From Spirochaetota bacterium (GTDB taxonomy: Bacteria > Spirochaetota > UBA6919 > CBDBPB01): a DNA stretch of 64,000 bases. The stretch lies in assembly GCA_965208615.1 (NCBI GenBank), contig CBDBPB010000002.1, positions 92,666 to 156,665 of the forward strand. The letters are read 5' to 3'. A model generated the notes under the pieces. That model searched no databases. It worked only from the letters and a program-made list of their open reading frames with translations, and was not told where the DNA came from. This document shows, one piece after another, positions 53,179-64,000 of the stretch; position 1 is the stretch's first letter; the number at the start of each line of letters is the position of its first letter. The position numbers and the translations under genes are program-made.

Positions 53179-55143
53179 TTATGGTTTATCAGTATCCATT
53201 CTAGCGGAGTCTACATCTCCAATATCTTCAACCATGGCTACAACCTCTGTATCAGGAACAGTAGATAGTTGCATTTTATAGGCTAAGAACCACATCATAA
53301 AAATACCAACAAATAGCCAAATAATGTGCCATACCCATATAGAAGGCATACCAAATACCCATGTGCTATAGTTATTAGGATCACCAAAAAGAGTATTACC
53401 TATAACAGCACCAGGCCCTATTCCAAAGAAGAACCATACAATAGTTATGATCCATGCAGTAGGTACCAACGATTTTTTCTCAGCAGGTACACCAGCATGC
53501 TCTTTAAGATAGTCATGGTACTTCATTCTGTGTTTTGTTTCGTTATTATCTTGAGTAAAGAAACTAACAATTACAGCAGTACCAAAGTTAAAGAAAAACC
53601 CCCAGAATGCAGAGTGCATAGTAAGAGGCCATCTTCCCCATGGGTTTATTCCAATAGCTTTAAACAAGCTAGCACCAATGCTCTCAGTTAAGGTAACAGC
53701 AATTAACCCAAGAATTAGACCAAGAGTAACTCCTTGTCTTGTTAGCCATGGCCACCAACATATTCCAATAAGAGCAGGCCACATTTGAAAGCCATAAGCT
53801 ACAGCTAAACCACCAAGTAGCACCAAAGCGTCTTTAGAGAATGTCGCCACAATAAGAGCTAGTCCAGTAATAATAGCTACACCTATTCTACCAAATAGTT
53901 TTTGTGTTCCATGACCAGCCTTAGGATTAAGGAACCTTTTATAAATATCTCTGGTTAACATACCACCAGCGGTTGACATATAAGCCGCACCAGTGGACTG
54001 CATTGCCGCAAGAGCACAGACAGCTAATAAACCAACTAACCATGGAGCGCCAGTACTCATTAGGTGTATGAGTTCTGGTACTAATTGTCCTTGTTTACCC
54101 CATGGAAGGTCTTTTATTACATTAGAAATACCATTAGCCGAAGCCCATTCTATCATGCTTTTATCTGCGCCAAGTAAGTGAGCTCCCATACCCTGAATAG
54201 CAGTAAATACTATCAATATAATACCAATACCAGCAGAAGAAGCCCATACTTGCTGAGGAGCAAATGGCTTTGGATTCTTATTGGAAAAAGACCACATTGA
54301 GAACGCAGGAGCTGATTGAATACCCATAAGAGCAAACATATATGTTAATACCATAACTCCAGTCCATGCACCTCCACTAGCTTTGGCCAAGCTTGCACCA
54401 GACTTGACAAACTGTATCACCCCGGGTATGGCAATATAATGACTATAACCATCTATAGTTCTATTTGTGTCTACTTTTGCTAGTTCAGCAATACCTATGT
54501 TTAGCTTTTCAAAGCCACCAACAAAGGTTAGGGTAATAATACCTATTGCCACAATACCAAGAGCTAATAATACCCCTTGAGCAGTATCCACATATGCTAC
54601 AGCTCTTAAGCCTCCTGAAGCAACATAGATTACAACTACAATAGATAAAAGCCACATTCCAGCGGTAACAGGGAATAAGCCATCGGTTAACACGTTAAAA
54701 AGGAACCCAGATGCACGTAACTGTAGTCCTAAATATGGCACAGAAAATATTAACGCCACAATTACAGTTAGAATACGCATTGTATCAGACTTAAAGTAGT
54801 CAGAATACATCTCACCGGGAGTAATGTATCCAAAACGTTTACCTAATATCCATTGTCTCTTTAAAAAGAGTACCCCAGTAAACGGAATGGTGATAGCATA
54901 AAAAGATGCGTATGCATATTGAAAGCCGTCACGAAATACTAGACCAGGGTGTCCAACAAAAGTCCAGCCTGAAAAGGACGTTGCTGTTGCCGCTAATACA
55001 AATACCCATATTGGGATAGTTCGCCCTGCAATAAAGTAGTCAGAAGCTGTTTTTGCAGTTTTGGCTCCCTTAAAACCCCAGTATAGACAATATGCCCAAT
55101 ACAAGATAACAAACACAAATAACCAAATTACATGTGCTTTCAT
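53179..55143 (-). CDS. Sodium:solute symporter family transporter
   Basis: 654 aa, about 13-15 hydrophobic helices, SSS-family segments (GRTIPIWVFVLAATATSFSGWTFVGHPG). Substrate unknown. Confidence 0.75.
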   Translation of the reverse strand: MKAHVIWLFVFVILYWAYCLYWGFKGAKTAKTASDYFIAGRTIPIWVFVLAATATSFSGWTFVGHPGLVFRDGFQYAYASFYAITIPFTGVLFLKRQWILGKRFGYITPGEMYSDYFKSDTMRILTVIVALIFSVPYLGLQLRASGFLFNVLTDGLFPVTAGMWLLSIVVVIYVASGGLRAVAYVDTAQGVLLALGIVAIGIITLTFVGGFEKLNIGIAELAKVDTNRTIDGYSHYIAIPGVIQFVKSGASLAKASGGAWTGVMVLTYMFALMGIQSAPAFSMWSFSNKNPKPFAPQQVWASSAGIGIILIVFTAIQGMGAHLLGADKSMIEWASANGISNVIKDLPWGKQGQLVPELIHLMSTGAPWLVGLLAVCALAAMQSTGAAYMSTAGGMLTRDIYKRFLNPKAGHGTQKLFGRIGVAIITGLALIVATFSKDALVLLGGLAVAYGFQMWPALIGICWWPWLTRQGVTLGLILGLIAVTLTESIGASLFKAIGINPWGRWPLTMHSAFWGFFFNFGTAVIVSFFTQDNNETKHRMKYHDYLKEHAGVPAEKKSLVPTAWIITIVWFFFGIGPGAVIGNTLFGDPNNYSTWVFGMPSIWVWHIIWLFVGIFMMWFLAYKMQLSTVPDTEVVAMVEDIGDVDSARMDTDKP

Positions 55144-55547
55144 ATGATAAAGTACCTCCTTAGAAGTTTTACTATAATTAATGTATTTAATGATTAATTT
55201 AGAGATACTGATTATATTTTAAATTTTAGCTAAGACTATTTTTTATGGTGAGTTTGATTAATTTGCTTAAACCTAAAATCACATCAGTATAACTACACAA
55301 CTTATACAATATAATATAAAATATTTATTTATACAAGTAAAAAAGAAAAAATGTGCTTTAGGTTAGGGCTGACATGTGATTATTTTGATTAACATAAAAA
55401 AGGGATAACTATTTATATTTTATAATATAAATTTAATAAGTTTTGGTATATTTAAAGCTTTATTTTTTTTGGTAAAAAAATATTATATCGAATAATTGAC
55501 TATTAATTTTGAGTTATTAATAGTATATAATCATAATTTAGCAGAGG

Positions 55548-57392
55548 ATGTCTATGAAAAATACTAAATCTACAAACAGGAGATCATTTATATTATCTGT
55601 ATCACCGTTTAACATATTAAGTAGTTCAGAAGTTGAGCTACTTATACCTTCTATAAAGGAATTTACCTTTGAAGAAGATCAAATTATTGCAAAGGAAGGA
55701 GGAGAACCTGAGTTTTTTTATTTAGTTGTTTATGGAGTAGTTAAAAAGCGTTGTGATAGGGATGACATTTTGTATTACTATCCAGGGGATAGTTTTGATG
55801 TTACCTCACTTATTAATAATATAAATGAACATACCTTCGACGCTGACGAAAAGACTTTATGTATTGCTATACCTAAGGATACATTTCTTAAGTTGATGTC
55901 TATCAACAGTGCTTTTGAGAAGTACTATCTTCAGGACTTATCACAAAAGATACACTCTATGATAAACAAGGATGTTAATCAAGAGCTGGCATCATTTATG
56001 GCGGCTAAGGTGGAGGATAGTCTTATACACCCTGCAATTTGTGTTAGTGAGAAGACATCCATTTATGATGCTGTTAAGAAGATGAGTGAAAATCATATAT
56101 CTAGTATATTGGTCGATTGTCCAAACTGTAAGGGGGGATATGGTATAGTTACTGATACTGATCTTCGTAAAAAGGTGATATTAGAGAATCGGTCTTACGA
56201 AGATGATATAGGTAATATTACTACTAATAAGTTAATCAGCATTGATAAAGAGGATTTTCTTTATAATGCATTACTGCTTATGACAGAACACTCAGTAAAG
56301 CGTCTTATTGTTAAGGATGACAATAAGATAGTGGGTACTTTGGAGCAGATAGATGTACTTAGTACAATATCTCATAGATCTAGATTATTCCACGTTCGTA
56401 TTAACAGGGCTACTAGTGTTGAGGAGTTAAAGACAGCTAGTAAGGAGTCTATTTATATGATTAAGGCTTTGCTTAGTCAGGGAGTTAAGGTAATTAATAT
56501 AACGAAGCTCTTGTCTCAGTTGTACTCTCAGTTATTTAGGAAGCTTTTTGAGATATTGGCACCTAAGGATTTGATTGATAATTCATGTTTAGTAGTTTTG
56601 GGTAGTGAGGGTAGGGGGGAGCAGATTCTCAAAACTGATCAGGATAACGCTATTATACTAAGAGACGGATATAGAAATGATAATTTTAGGGAGATAATGA
56701 ATGCTTTTACTAATGCTTTGCTGGAGTGTGGTTATCCAAGGTGCAAGGGTAATATTATGGTATCCAATCCATATTGGGCAAAGTCTCTTAGGGAGTATGA
56801 GACTGAGATTAAGAACTGGATGGTAAATCTAAAGAATGAGGATATAATTAATATAGCGGCTTTATACGATGGTATTGCTGTAGCGGGGGACAAATTACTT
56901 TTGGATGAGTTAAAGGAGAGGTTTTTGCTATTGAGGAAGGATAAGAATTTATTATCCCAGTTTGCTTATCCAACAGTATATATAGCTACACCTCTTTCAT
57001 TTTTCAACAAGTTTATTTTGGATAAGGGTCACAATGATATGCTTGATATTAAGAAGGGTGGGATATTTCCGATAGTTCATGGTATTAGGAGTTTTGCGTT
57101 GGAGGCGAATCTTAGTGAGACTAATACTTTTGAGCGTATTGAGAAGATTAGTGAAATGGGGATTATAAAGAAAGACATAGCAGATGAGCTTATAGAGGCA
57201 TTAAACTTTTTATTAACTATTAGGTTAAGGGTTAGGCTGGATAAGACGGATAAGGGAGAAAAGCTTGATAATTATATTGATCCTAGGGTATTATCCAAGT
57301 TGGAGCAGGATGTATTAAGAGATATTTTAAAGATAGTCAAGCGTTTTAAGGAGTTAGTTAGTTATCATTTTAGGTTAGACAGTCTTGGATGA
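55548..57392 (+). CDS. cNMP-binding / tandem CBS / DUF294 nucleotidyltransferase-domain signalling protein
   Basis: cNMP-binding-like N-terminus, CBS pair, nucleotidyltransferase signature LVVLGSEGRGEQILKTDQDNAIIL. Confidence 0.7.
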   Translation: MSMKNTKSTNRRSFILSVSPFNILSSSEVELLIPSIKEFTFEEDQIIAKEGGEPEFFYLVVYGVVKKRCDRDDILYYYPGDSFDVTSLINNINEHTFDADEKTLCIAIPKDTFLKLMSINSAFEKYYLQDLSQKIHSMINKDVNQELASFMAAKVEDSLIHPAICVSEKTSIYDAVKKMSENHISSILVDCPNCKGGYGIVTDTDLRKKVILENRSYEDDIGNITTNKLISIDKEDFLYNALLLMTEHSVKRLIVKDDNKIVGTLEQIDVLSTISHRSRLFHVRINRATSVEELKTASKESIYMIKALLSQGVKVINITKLLSQLYSQLFRKLFEILAPKDLIDNSCLVVLGSEGRGEQILKTDQDNAIILRDGYRNDNFREIMNAFTNALLECGYPRCKGNIMVSNPYWAKSLREYETEIKNWMVNLKNEDIINIAALYDGIAVAGDKLLLDELKERFLLLRKDKNLLSQFAYPTVYIATPLSFFNKFILDKGHNDMLDIKKGGIFPIVHGIRSFALEANLSETNTFERIEKISEMGIIKKDIADELIEALNFLLTIRLRVRLDKTDKGEKLDNYIDPRVLSKLEQDVLRDILKIVKRFKELVSYHFRLDSLG

Positions 57393-58111
57393 CAGGGGTT
57401 AGTAAAAAGGTTATATCTTTGCATTGTATGTTATATATATATAGATATCGCATGGGTTCAATTATCTTTGATGTTGGAGCAGGATGTATTAAGAGATATT
57501 TTAAAGATAGTCAAGCGTTTTAAGGAGTTAGTTAGTTATCATTTTAGGGTTAGACAGTCTTGGGATGACAGGGGTTAGTAAAAAGGTTATATCTTTGCAT
57601 TGTATGTTATATATATATAGGTATTGCATGGGTTCAATTATCTTTGATGTTGGAGCAGGATGTATTAAGAGATATTTTAAAGATAGTCAAGCGTTTTAAG
57701 GAGTTAGTTAGTTATCATTTTAGGGTTAGACAGTCTTGGATGACAGGGGTTAGTAAAAAGGTTATATCTTTGCATTGTATGTTATATATATATAGGTATC
57801 GCATGGGTTCAATTATCTTTGATGTTGGAGCAGGATGTATTAAGAGATATTTTAAAGATAGTCAAGCGTTTTAAGGAGTTAGTTAGTTATCATTTTAGGT
57901 TAGACAGTCTTGGGATGACAGGGGTTAGTAAAAAGGTTATATCTTTGCATTGTATGTTATATATATATAGGTATCGCATGGGTTCAATTATCTTTGATGT
58001 TGGAGCAGGATGTATTAAGAGATATTTTAAAGATAGTCAAGCGTTTTAAGGAGTTAGTTAGTTATCATTTTAGGGTTAGACAGTCTTGGATGACAGGGGT
58101 TAGTAAAAAGG
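57299..58111 (+). repeat. Tandem array, ~175 bp unit, about 4.6 copies, reiterating the 3' end of the DUF294 gene
   Basis: Landmark tggagcaggatgtattaaga recurs at 57301, 57475, 57651, 57826, 58001. Copies differ mainly in G-run length. Confidence 0.85.
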
Positions 58112-58115
58112 TTCT

Positions 58116-58570
58116 ATCAGTCATTTTATTAGTGAAGATTTCAGTAGTTTACTTTTTATAGTTGTTATTTATCATAGAGGATTAGGCATACTTTTTTGAA
58201 GTTTTACACATAACGTCAACATGTAATATTTAAATAATCCGCTCTACGCCTTTATGGGACTGCAAATCCGTTAACACTTAATAAAGGTCTATAATTCTTA
58301 GTTCCAGTAAGGGATTCTTAATAGCTCCCGTAATGATGACTACTTGCATAAAAAGTGATATTTTGTGTTAATTACTAAGGCATTTAAACAGCACTTAAAG
58401 AGCATATAGGGGTAACCTGCTTGACACAGGAAAATAACTTTTCCATGAATATCTTAACTTTCCTGTTCCACAAAGAGATATAAAATACATCTGCCTTTAC
58501 GTTATATGTCTTCATTTTGCCTTGTATCCCTCGTCATTACTACGTCATAAAATGATAACTAAATTATCAT
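58116..58570 (+). repeat. Conserved noncoding block, copy B (paired with 21440-21859)
   Basis: Near-identical to copy A over its length, with scattered substitutions. Confidence 0.7.
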
Positions 58571-58860
58571 AAAAAAGAAGAGCCGTCCTCCCCTTAATTT
58601 TAACAAAAAAATAAACTATACTTACTAACTTTACTCAAAGTCTAAGCGTACAAGTTTATATGCATGTCTATTTTCAACAACCTAAACTTGATGGAGTGCC
58701 TGTTATACTAAACCATAAAAAAGAAAAGCTATATTCCCCTTAGCCTTAACAAAAAATAAATATACCTACCAGCCCTAACTCAAGGTCTGAGCGTACAAGT
58801 TTATATGCATGTCTATTGTCAACAACCTAAACTTGATGAAGTATCCGTTATACTAAATTA
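58571..58860 (+). repeat. Tandem array, 144-146 bp unit, about 2 copies
   Basis: Same unit family as 21860-22712. Confidence 0.75.
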
Positions 58861-59076
58861 TTACATATTATGTATAGGTATGCCAATTGGGAATATTAAA
58901 ACCTCTTATTAAAATATAGCTATCCCCTTTGAAATAGGTTTAAGTACTTTTTTTAGTTGTATTTTTCTTTGAGATTGATTACCTTATAGTAGATTTATTT
59001 TTAAATGATATAGCTTTATATGCGTTGGCCTATTAGAGCTTAACGTTTTAAGCTAAAAAAAACAATAGGGGGAATC

Positions 59077-61743
59077 ATGAAGAAAGTATTCTTTATTTTA
59101 CTAACTTTAGCTTTATTAACAGGATGCGGAGAGGATGATATATCCTGTGAGGCTCTGGGTGATTGTGATAAAAATGTTGAAAGTCAGCTAGACAAAGCAG
59201 ATAAAGATGTTGCAGCTGCAGAGGAAGAGCTAAATAAATTAGAAGTAGATGGGATAAATGATGGAAATAAAGAAGAGGTAGTAGGAAAAGTAGAAGATAT
59301 AGCAACAGGAGTACAGAAAGCAGTAGATAGCTTAAAAGATGTAGTCGAAGAAGAAAAACTAAAAAATATAAAAAATAAACTTATAACAATATTAAATAGT
59401 TTAACAGACGCAGACACAAAAAAAGTAAGAGAAATAGTAAATGTGCTAAAAACAGCAGTAAAAGGCCTAAAAACAGCAGTAGAAGCTTTAAAAGGCTTAG
59501 TAGACGAGGGAAAAGGAAAAAAGACCTGTAAGGTAACAAGTAATACGGATACTCATAGAGGCGTTGTTACTTGTGATAAAACTACTAAAACTAAGTGTGA
59601 TACTGATAAGGGTACCTGGGACCCACCAAGCTGTGAGCCGTCTGCTGGTACAGAAAGGCAAACACCAGTGGAAGAAAAGGTTTGTAAGGTAACAAAAGAT
59701 ACGGATACTCATACAGGCGTTGTTACTTGTGATAAAACTACTAAAACTAAGTGTGATACTGATAAGGGTACCTGGGACCCACCAAGCTGTGAGCCGTCTG
59801 CTGGTAAGGCAATTAAGGTTTGTAAGGTAACAAAAGATACGGATACTCATGCTAACGTTATTACTTGTGATACAATGGTTCAAAGTGAGTGTAGTAAAAG
59901 AGATGGTGAGTGGGGAGTGCAATGTACTAAATCTAATGGTATGCCTAAGATTAGGCTTTGTAAGGTAAAAAAAGATACGGATGATTATATCGGCGTTATT
60001 ACTTGTGATACAACTACTAAGGCTAATTGTCAAGGTGAGTGGGATTCACAAGACTGTAGGCCATCTGATGGTACTCCAATTAAGATATGTAAAGTAAAAA
60101 AAGATACGACTACTCATATCGGCATTGTTACTTGTAAGAAGACTACTAAAACTAAGTGTAATACTGATAAGGGTACCTGGGGGTCCACCAAGCTGTAATC
60201 AAAATCCTGGAGCTCTCATACCAGCTGGGGTTGTTTTTGTAAAAGCTGGAACTCGTACTACTAAAAACGGTAAAACCTGGAAAAACTGCTTATAGTGACC
60301 TACAAAAGGCTATTGATGAAGCTAAGAAAGCTAATAAACCTAAGGTATATGTAGCCCAAGGGACTTACAAGCCTACTGGTCATCCAAATGGTGGTAATGG
60401 TGGACGTGAAAAGCATTTTTCATTAAGGAATGGTGTAGAGGTTATTGGTGGTTATAAAGGTGAAAAGGTTGATGAGTCTAATAATCCTAACTACTATAAG
60501 ACTATCCTAAGCGGTGATAATAACGCCTATCATGTTTTTTATCATCCCGCTATTGCAAACTTAGATAAAACAGCAAAGTTAGTGGAGGTTACTATTACCA
60601 AAGGCAATGCTAATGGTAGTGATCCTCATGAATACGGAGGGGGCATGTATAATTATAATAGCCATCCCACTTTAACAACTGTGATTTTTGAGAGTAATAA
60701 GGCCGGATGGGGAGGGGGCATGTATAATGAGTATAGCTCTCCAGAGTTAAGAAATGTGACTTTTGAGAGTAATAAGGCCGGATGGGGAGGGGGCATGTAT
60801 AATAAGGATAATAGCAAGCCAAAGTTAACAAATGTGACTTTTACTTAGTAATGAGGCCTCATACGGAGGGGGCATGTTTAATATTAATAGTTCTCCAGAG
60901 TTAAAAGATGTGACTTTTGATAGCAATGAGGCTAAGCAATACGGAGGGGGCATGTATAATAAGGATAATAGCAAGCCAAAGTTAACAAATGTGACTTTTA
61001 CTAGTAATGAGGCCTCATACGGAGGGGGCATGTTTAATATTAATAGTTCTCCAGAGTTAAAAGATGTGACTTTTGATAGCAATGAGGCTAAGCAATACGG
61101 AGGGGGCATGGGTAATGAGAAGAGCTCTCCCACTTTAAAAGATGTGGAGTTTACTAGTAATACGGCCGACTTAGGAGGGGGCATGTATAATAATAATAGC
61201 TCTCCCAAGTTAACAAATGTGACTTTTACTAGTAATACGGCTAATAGGTACGGAGGGGGCATGTTTAATAGTGATAGCTATCCAACGTTAAGAAATGTGA
61301 CTTTTACTAGTAATGAGGCCTCATACGGAGGGGGCATGACTAATTATAAAACCTTTCCCACTTTAAAAGATGTGACTTTTACTAGTAATACGGCTACTAA
61401 AGGAGGGGGCATGTATAATTATAAAACCTTTCCCACTTTAAAAGATGTGACTTTTAATAGCAATGAGGCTAAGCAATACGGAGGGGGCATGTATAATAGT
61501 GATAATAGCAAGCCCACTTTAGATAATACGGTGATTTTTAATAAAAACATTGCTGGTAGCATTGAAGATAAAAAAGAAGGAAAAGGCGGGGCTATTTATA
61601 ATGTTGTTGGTAAAGATAATATTCCTGACTCAAGCATAACAGGCACACCAACCTATGGAACGGGTACTAATGAAAATAAAAAGGTTGTCAAAGTGGGTAA
61701 TACATATAAACTTGTACAGTCAAACCTTGAGTCAGGCCAGTAA
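59077..61743 (+). CDS. Pmp-like repeat surface lipoprotein, paralog 3, interrupted by three +1 shifts (about 60183, 60275, 60848)
   Basis: RBS plus lipoprotein signal peptide MKKVFFILLTLALLTGC. Six Cys modules, then the beta-helix-like region and about twelve GGGM units across three consecutive frames (ORFs 59077-60198, 60582-60848, 60874-61743). Confidence 0.65.
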
Positions 61744-61771
61744 GTATATTTATTTAGTCCGTTAAAATTAA

Positions 61772-61797
61772 GGGGAGCATAGCTCCTCTTTTTTTTA
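61772..61797 (+). terminator. Rho-independent terminator (family 3' flank)
   Basis: ggggagcatagctcctc followed by T8. Confidence 0.7.
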
Positions 61798-61847
61798 TTG
61801 GTTTTAATAACATTGAAATATTTATAGATGTAGGTTATATTTACTTA

Positions 61848-62397
61848 ATGGAGGAGCTTATGTTTAATATAAAAAACAGTATCTTACTTGTAATAGATGT
61901 ACAAACTAGACTAGCTAATGTAATGCATGATCTAAACATCTTAATTCATAATTTAAAGCGGATCATTAATGGAGCTAAAATTCTTGGCTTACCTATTATT
62001 GTTACTGAACAATATCCTGAGGGTATTGGCCATACTATAGAAGAAATAGAACAGCTTTTACCTAAGAATCCTATATCAAAGTTAACTTTTAGTTGTTGTG
62101 AGGATCAAAGGTTTATAGAAGAACTTGAAAAACATAATAGAAAACAGGTTATTGTATGCGGTATAGAAACTCATATATGCGTATACCAAAACCGTGGTTA
62201 GCCTTATTGAGAGAGGTTATGAGGTGCAGGTTATATCCGATGGGGTATCATCTAGAAAACTGGATAATAAGATAATCGGCCTTGAGCTTATGAGAGATTG
62301 TGGGGCTAAACTTACCTGCATAGAAACCATTTTATTTGAACTTCTAAAGTTAGCATCGGGTGATAAATTTAAAGAAATACTAAAAATTGTTAAATAG
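61848..62397 (+). CDS. Isochorismatase-family hydrolase, with apparent +1 shift in an A4 run near 62187-62190
   Basis: LLVIDVQ start and GIETHICVYQ in the first frame; continuation ...VVSLIERGYEVQVISDGVSS in the next frame. Confidence 0.65.
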
Positions 62398-62629
62398 TAT
62401 AGTTTTATAATTACTTAGTATTAACTTACTTAACGGTGCTTAGCTAACAGGCTTATTGCCTGGTAGATTATATGGCTTAGTGGACAACTTAAATTATATC
62501 ATTTTGATTTGTCTTAGATGGACTATTTTATTATACTAAGGGCTAGATATTTATATAATATTTTATATTCACAGAAATAGTTTATCTATATTTATTAAGT
62601 TGTATATAAAATAGATTAGGGTTATAAAG

Positions 62630-63481
62630 TTGAGATTTAGTTATAACGTTGGTTTTGGAAAACAAAGTATCACTCCTGGTATTAAATGGATTATGATTAT
62701 AACAGGAGTTTGTTATTTAATTGAATTAATATCCCCAGATTTTACTCTTTGGTGGTTTAGGCTTAATCCTGCTGGAAGTAACGAAGCAGGTACTGTTAGT
62801 AATTTTCAGATATGGCAACCTATTACATATATGTTTCTTCATAATCCTGGTAGTTTTCTTCATATACTATTTAATATGTTTGCCCTTTGGATGTTTGGTA
62901 TTTCCTATGAGAGACAGTTTGGTACTAAAGATTTTTTAAAGCTATACTTTATATCTGGTATTGGAACAGGGATTATCCTATCATTTTTCTTAACTAATGT
63001 ATTAGGAGCCTCAGCCGCTGTTTTTGCTGTATTAGTATCATTTGCATATATGTGGCCTAATGCACAGGTACTTTTAATGTTTGTTATCCCTGTTAGAGCT
63101 AAGACCGCTGTAATTGTCTTTATAGTCCTCGAGTTATTTTTTACCATTCAGACCGCTAAAAGTAATATTGCTCATTCGGGGCATTTATTAGGTGCTTTAA
63201 TAGGATTTATCTATTTACAAGCGGTACACAAACGCTATAACTTATTTAGTTCTTTTTTTACATGGTATCATAACTTATTTTACAAGACTAAATCATCAGT
63301 TAAGGCCAAAAGTAAGGCTAAAATTATAAAAAAAGAACAGTGGACAAAAGATAAGGTTAATTTACTACTAGAAAAAATATCTAAACATGGTATAAGCTCT
63401 CTCACAAAAGAAGAAAAAGATTTTCTTGATAGGGTTAGCTCAGAATACAAAAGTGATTCTTATAAAAGTGATCTAGACTAA
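62630..63481 (+). CDS. Rhomboid-family intramembrane serine protease
   Basis: Multi-pass membrane protein with catalytic Ser segment (GASAAVFAVLVSFAY) and His segment (AHSGHLLGALIG). Confidence 0.7.
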   Translation: MRFSYNVGFGKQSITPGIKWIMIITGVCYLIELISPDFTLWWFRLNPAGSNEAGTVSNFQIWQPITYMFLHNPGSFLHILFNMFALWMFGISYERQFGTKDFLKLYFISGIGTGIILSFFLTNVLGASAAVFAVLVSFAYMWPNAQVLLMFVIPVRAKTAVIVFIVLELFFTIQTAKSNIAHSGHLLGALIGFIYLQAVHKRYNLFSSFFTWYHNLFYKTKSSVKAKSKAKIIKKEQWTKDKVNLLLEKISKHGISSLTKEEKDFLDRVSSEYKSDSYKSDLD

Positions 63482-63555
63482 TAATGGCTCCTAATTAAGT
63501 TAAATAGCATAAGTTTTTTAATAGCTTTAATAATATCAAAAAGGAATATGAGCTT

Positions 63556-63978
63556 ATGGAAAATAAAAAAAAGCCTAAGTATATGATACTTGTTATAGTA
63601 TTCGTTGTAATATTTTTACTATCCTTTGCTATACTAATTCTTATTGAAATCAAAGACCCTAATCATGGTATTATTAAGCGTTTAACTATATCCAAAGAGG
63701 TTTTGTTTAGTAAGGATTGGTTAAAAAAATATTATGTATACGAAGAACTTTTAAAAGAGGTCAAGGATAAAGATGCAAGGCTTAAAAGCATAGATAAAGA
63801 AATTAAAACAAAAAAGGATATTTTAAGTAATATAGACAGCTTAATCGAATTACGTGTTCCCCTTTTAAAGAGCAAGGTAGAGGTATTAAGTAACAAAGTA
63901 GACGTATTAAATAATAGAGTTCCTAGTCACAATAAAAAAAGTAGTCGTACAAAGGCTAAAAAGCCAACCAGTAAATAA
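63556..63978 (+). CDS. Hypothetical membrane-anchored coiled-coil protein
   Basis: N-terminal hydrophobic helix, then a charged Lys-rich region; no motif recognised. Confidence 0.4.
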   Translation: MENKKKPKYMILVIVFVVIFLLSFAILILIEIKDPNHGIIKRLTISKEVLFSKDWLKKYYVYEELLKEVKDKDARLKSIDKEIKTKKDILSNIDSLIELRVPLLKSKVEVLSNKVDVLNNRVPSHNKKSSRTKAKKPTSK

Positions 63979-64000
63979 TAACCAACTTATAAAAGACCTA

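Noticed and set aside
57420-57470. tRNA-like T-arm (gggttcaatt) within the 175-bp repeat
   Set aside because: No acceptor stem or anticodon arm can be built; no tRNA or rRNA signatures seen anywhere in the window.
57644-58049. Two 76-aa ORFs beginning MMLEQDVLRDILKIVKRFKELVSYHFR
   Set aside because: They are reiterated copies of the DUF294 gene 3' end within the 175-bp tandem array, not independent genes.
59093-61262. Antisense and alternative-frame ORFs inside paralog 3 (59093-59305, 59184-59417, 59497-60033, 60610-60831, 60825-61262)
   Set aside because: Overlap the sense gene; low-complexity translations; artefacts of the repeats.

Overview
AT-rich bacterial chromosomal segment from a diderm organism (lipoprotein lipoboxes, complex I, cbb3-maturation genes); lineage cannot be assigned from sequence alone. 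Housekeeping content, in order: the 3' part of a molybdopterin oxidoreductase gene; thrC plus a Cys/Met-family PLP enzyme; a partial anaerobic cobalamin cluster (CbiW-like ferredoxin, cbiD, cbiET, cbiF); sppA; tsaE; a thiamine thiazole operon (thiF-thiS-thiG-thiE); several lipoproteins and two VWA-domain proteins; a LysM/M23 peptidase; a complete complex I operon nuoA-nuoN; ccoI-ccoS; ilvBN; hemerythrin; a cell-wall amidase; an SSS transporter divergent from a cNMP/CBS/DUF294 protein; an isochorismatase-family hydrolase; a rhomboid protease. The most unusual structure is a three-copy family of large repeat-built surface protein genes with chlamydial Pmp-like motifs (GGGM / FxxN units) preceded by Cys-rich ~47-51 aa modules. 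All three copies end with the same 3' flank and terminator. Two are preceded by a conserved ~400 bp noncoding block plus a 144-145 bp tandem array, and one of those copies has lost its promoter, start codon and signal peptide. Other notable points are a DNA methyltransferase module sitting inside the nuo operon between nuoG and nuoH, a 175-bp tandem array that reiterates the 3' end of the DUF294 gene, and a perfect 29-bp direct repeat bracketing a small gene between tsaE and thiF. At least nine conserved genes are broken by single-base +1 shifts, all resolvable by removing one base and most sitting in short homopolymer runs; I read these as probable sequencing/assembly overcalls rather than true pseudogenes, so they are annotated as CDS with a note. 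No rRNA, tRNA, CRISPR array or transposase was recognised.
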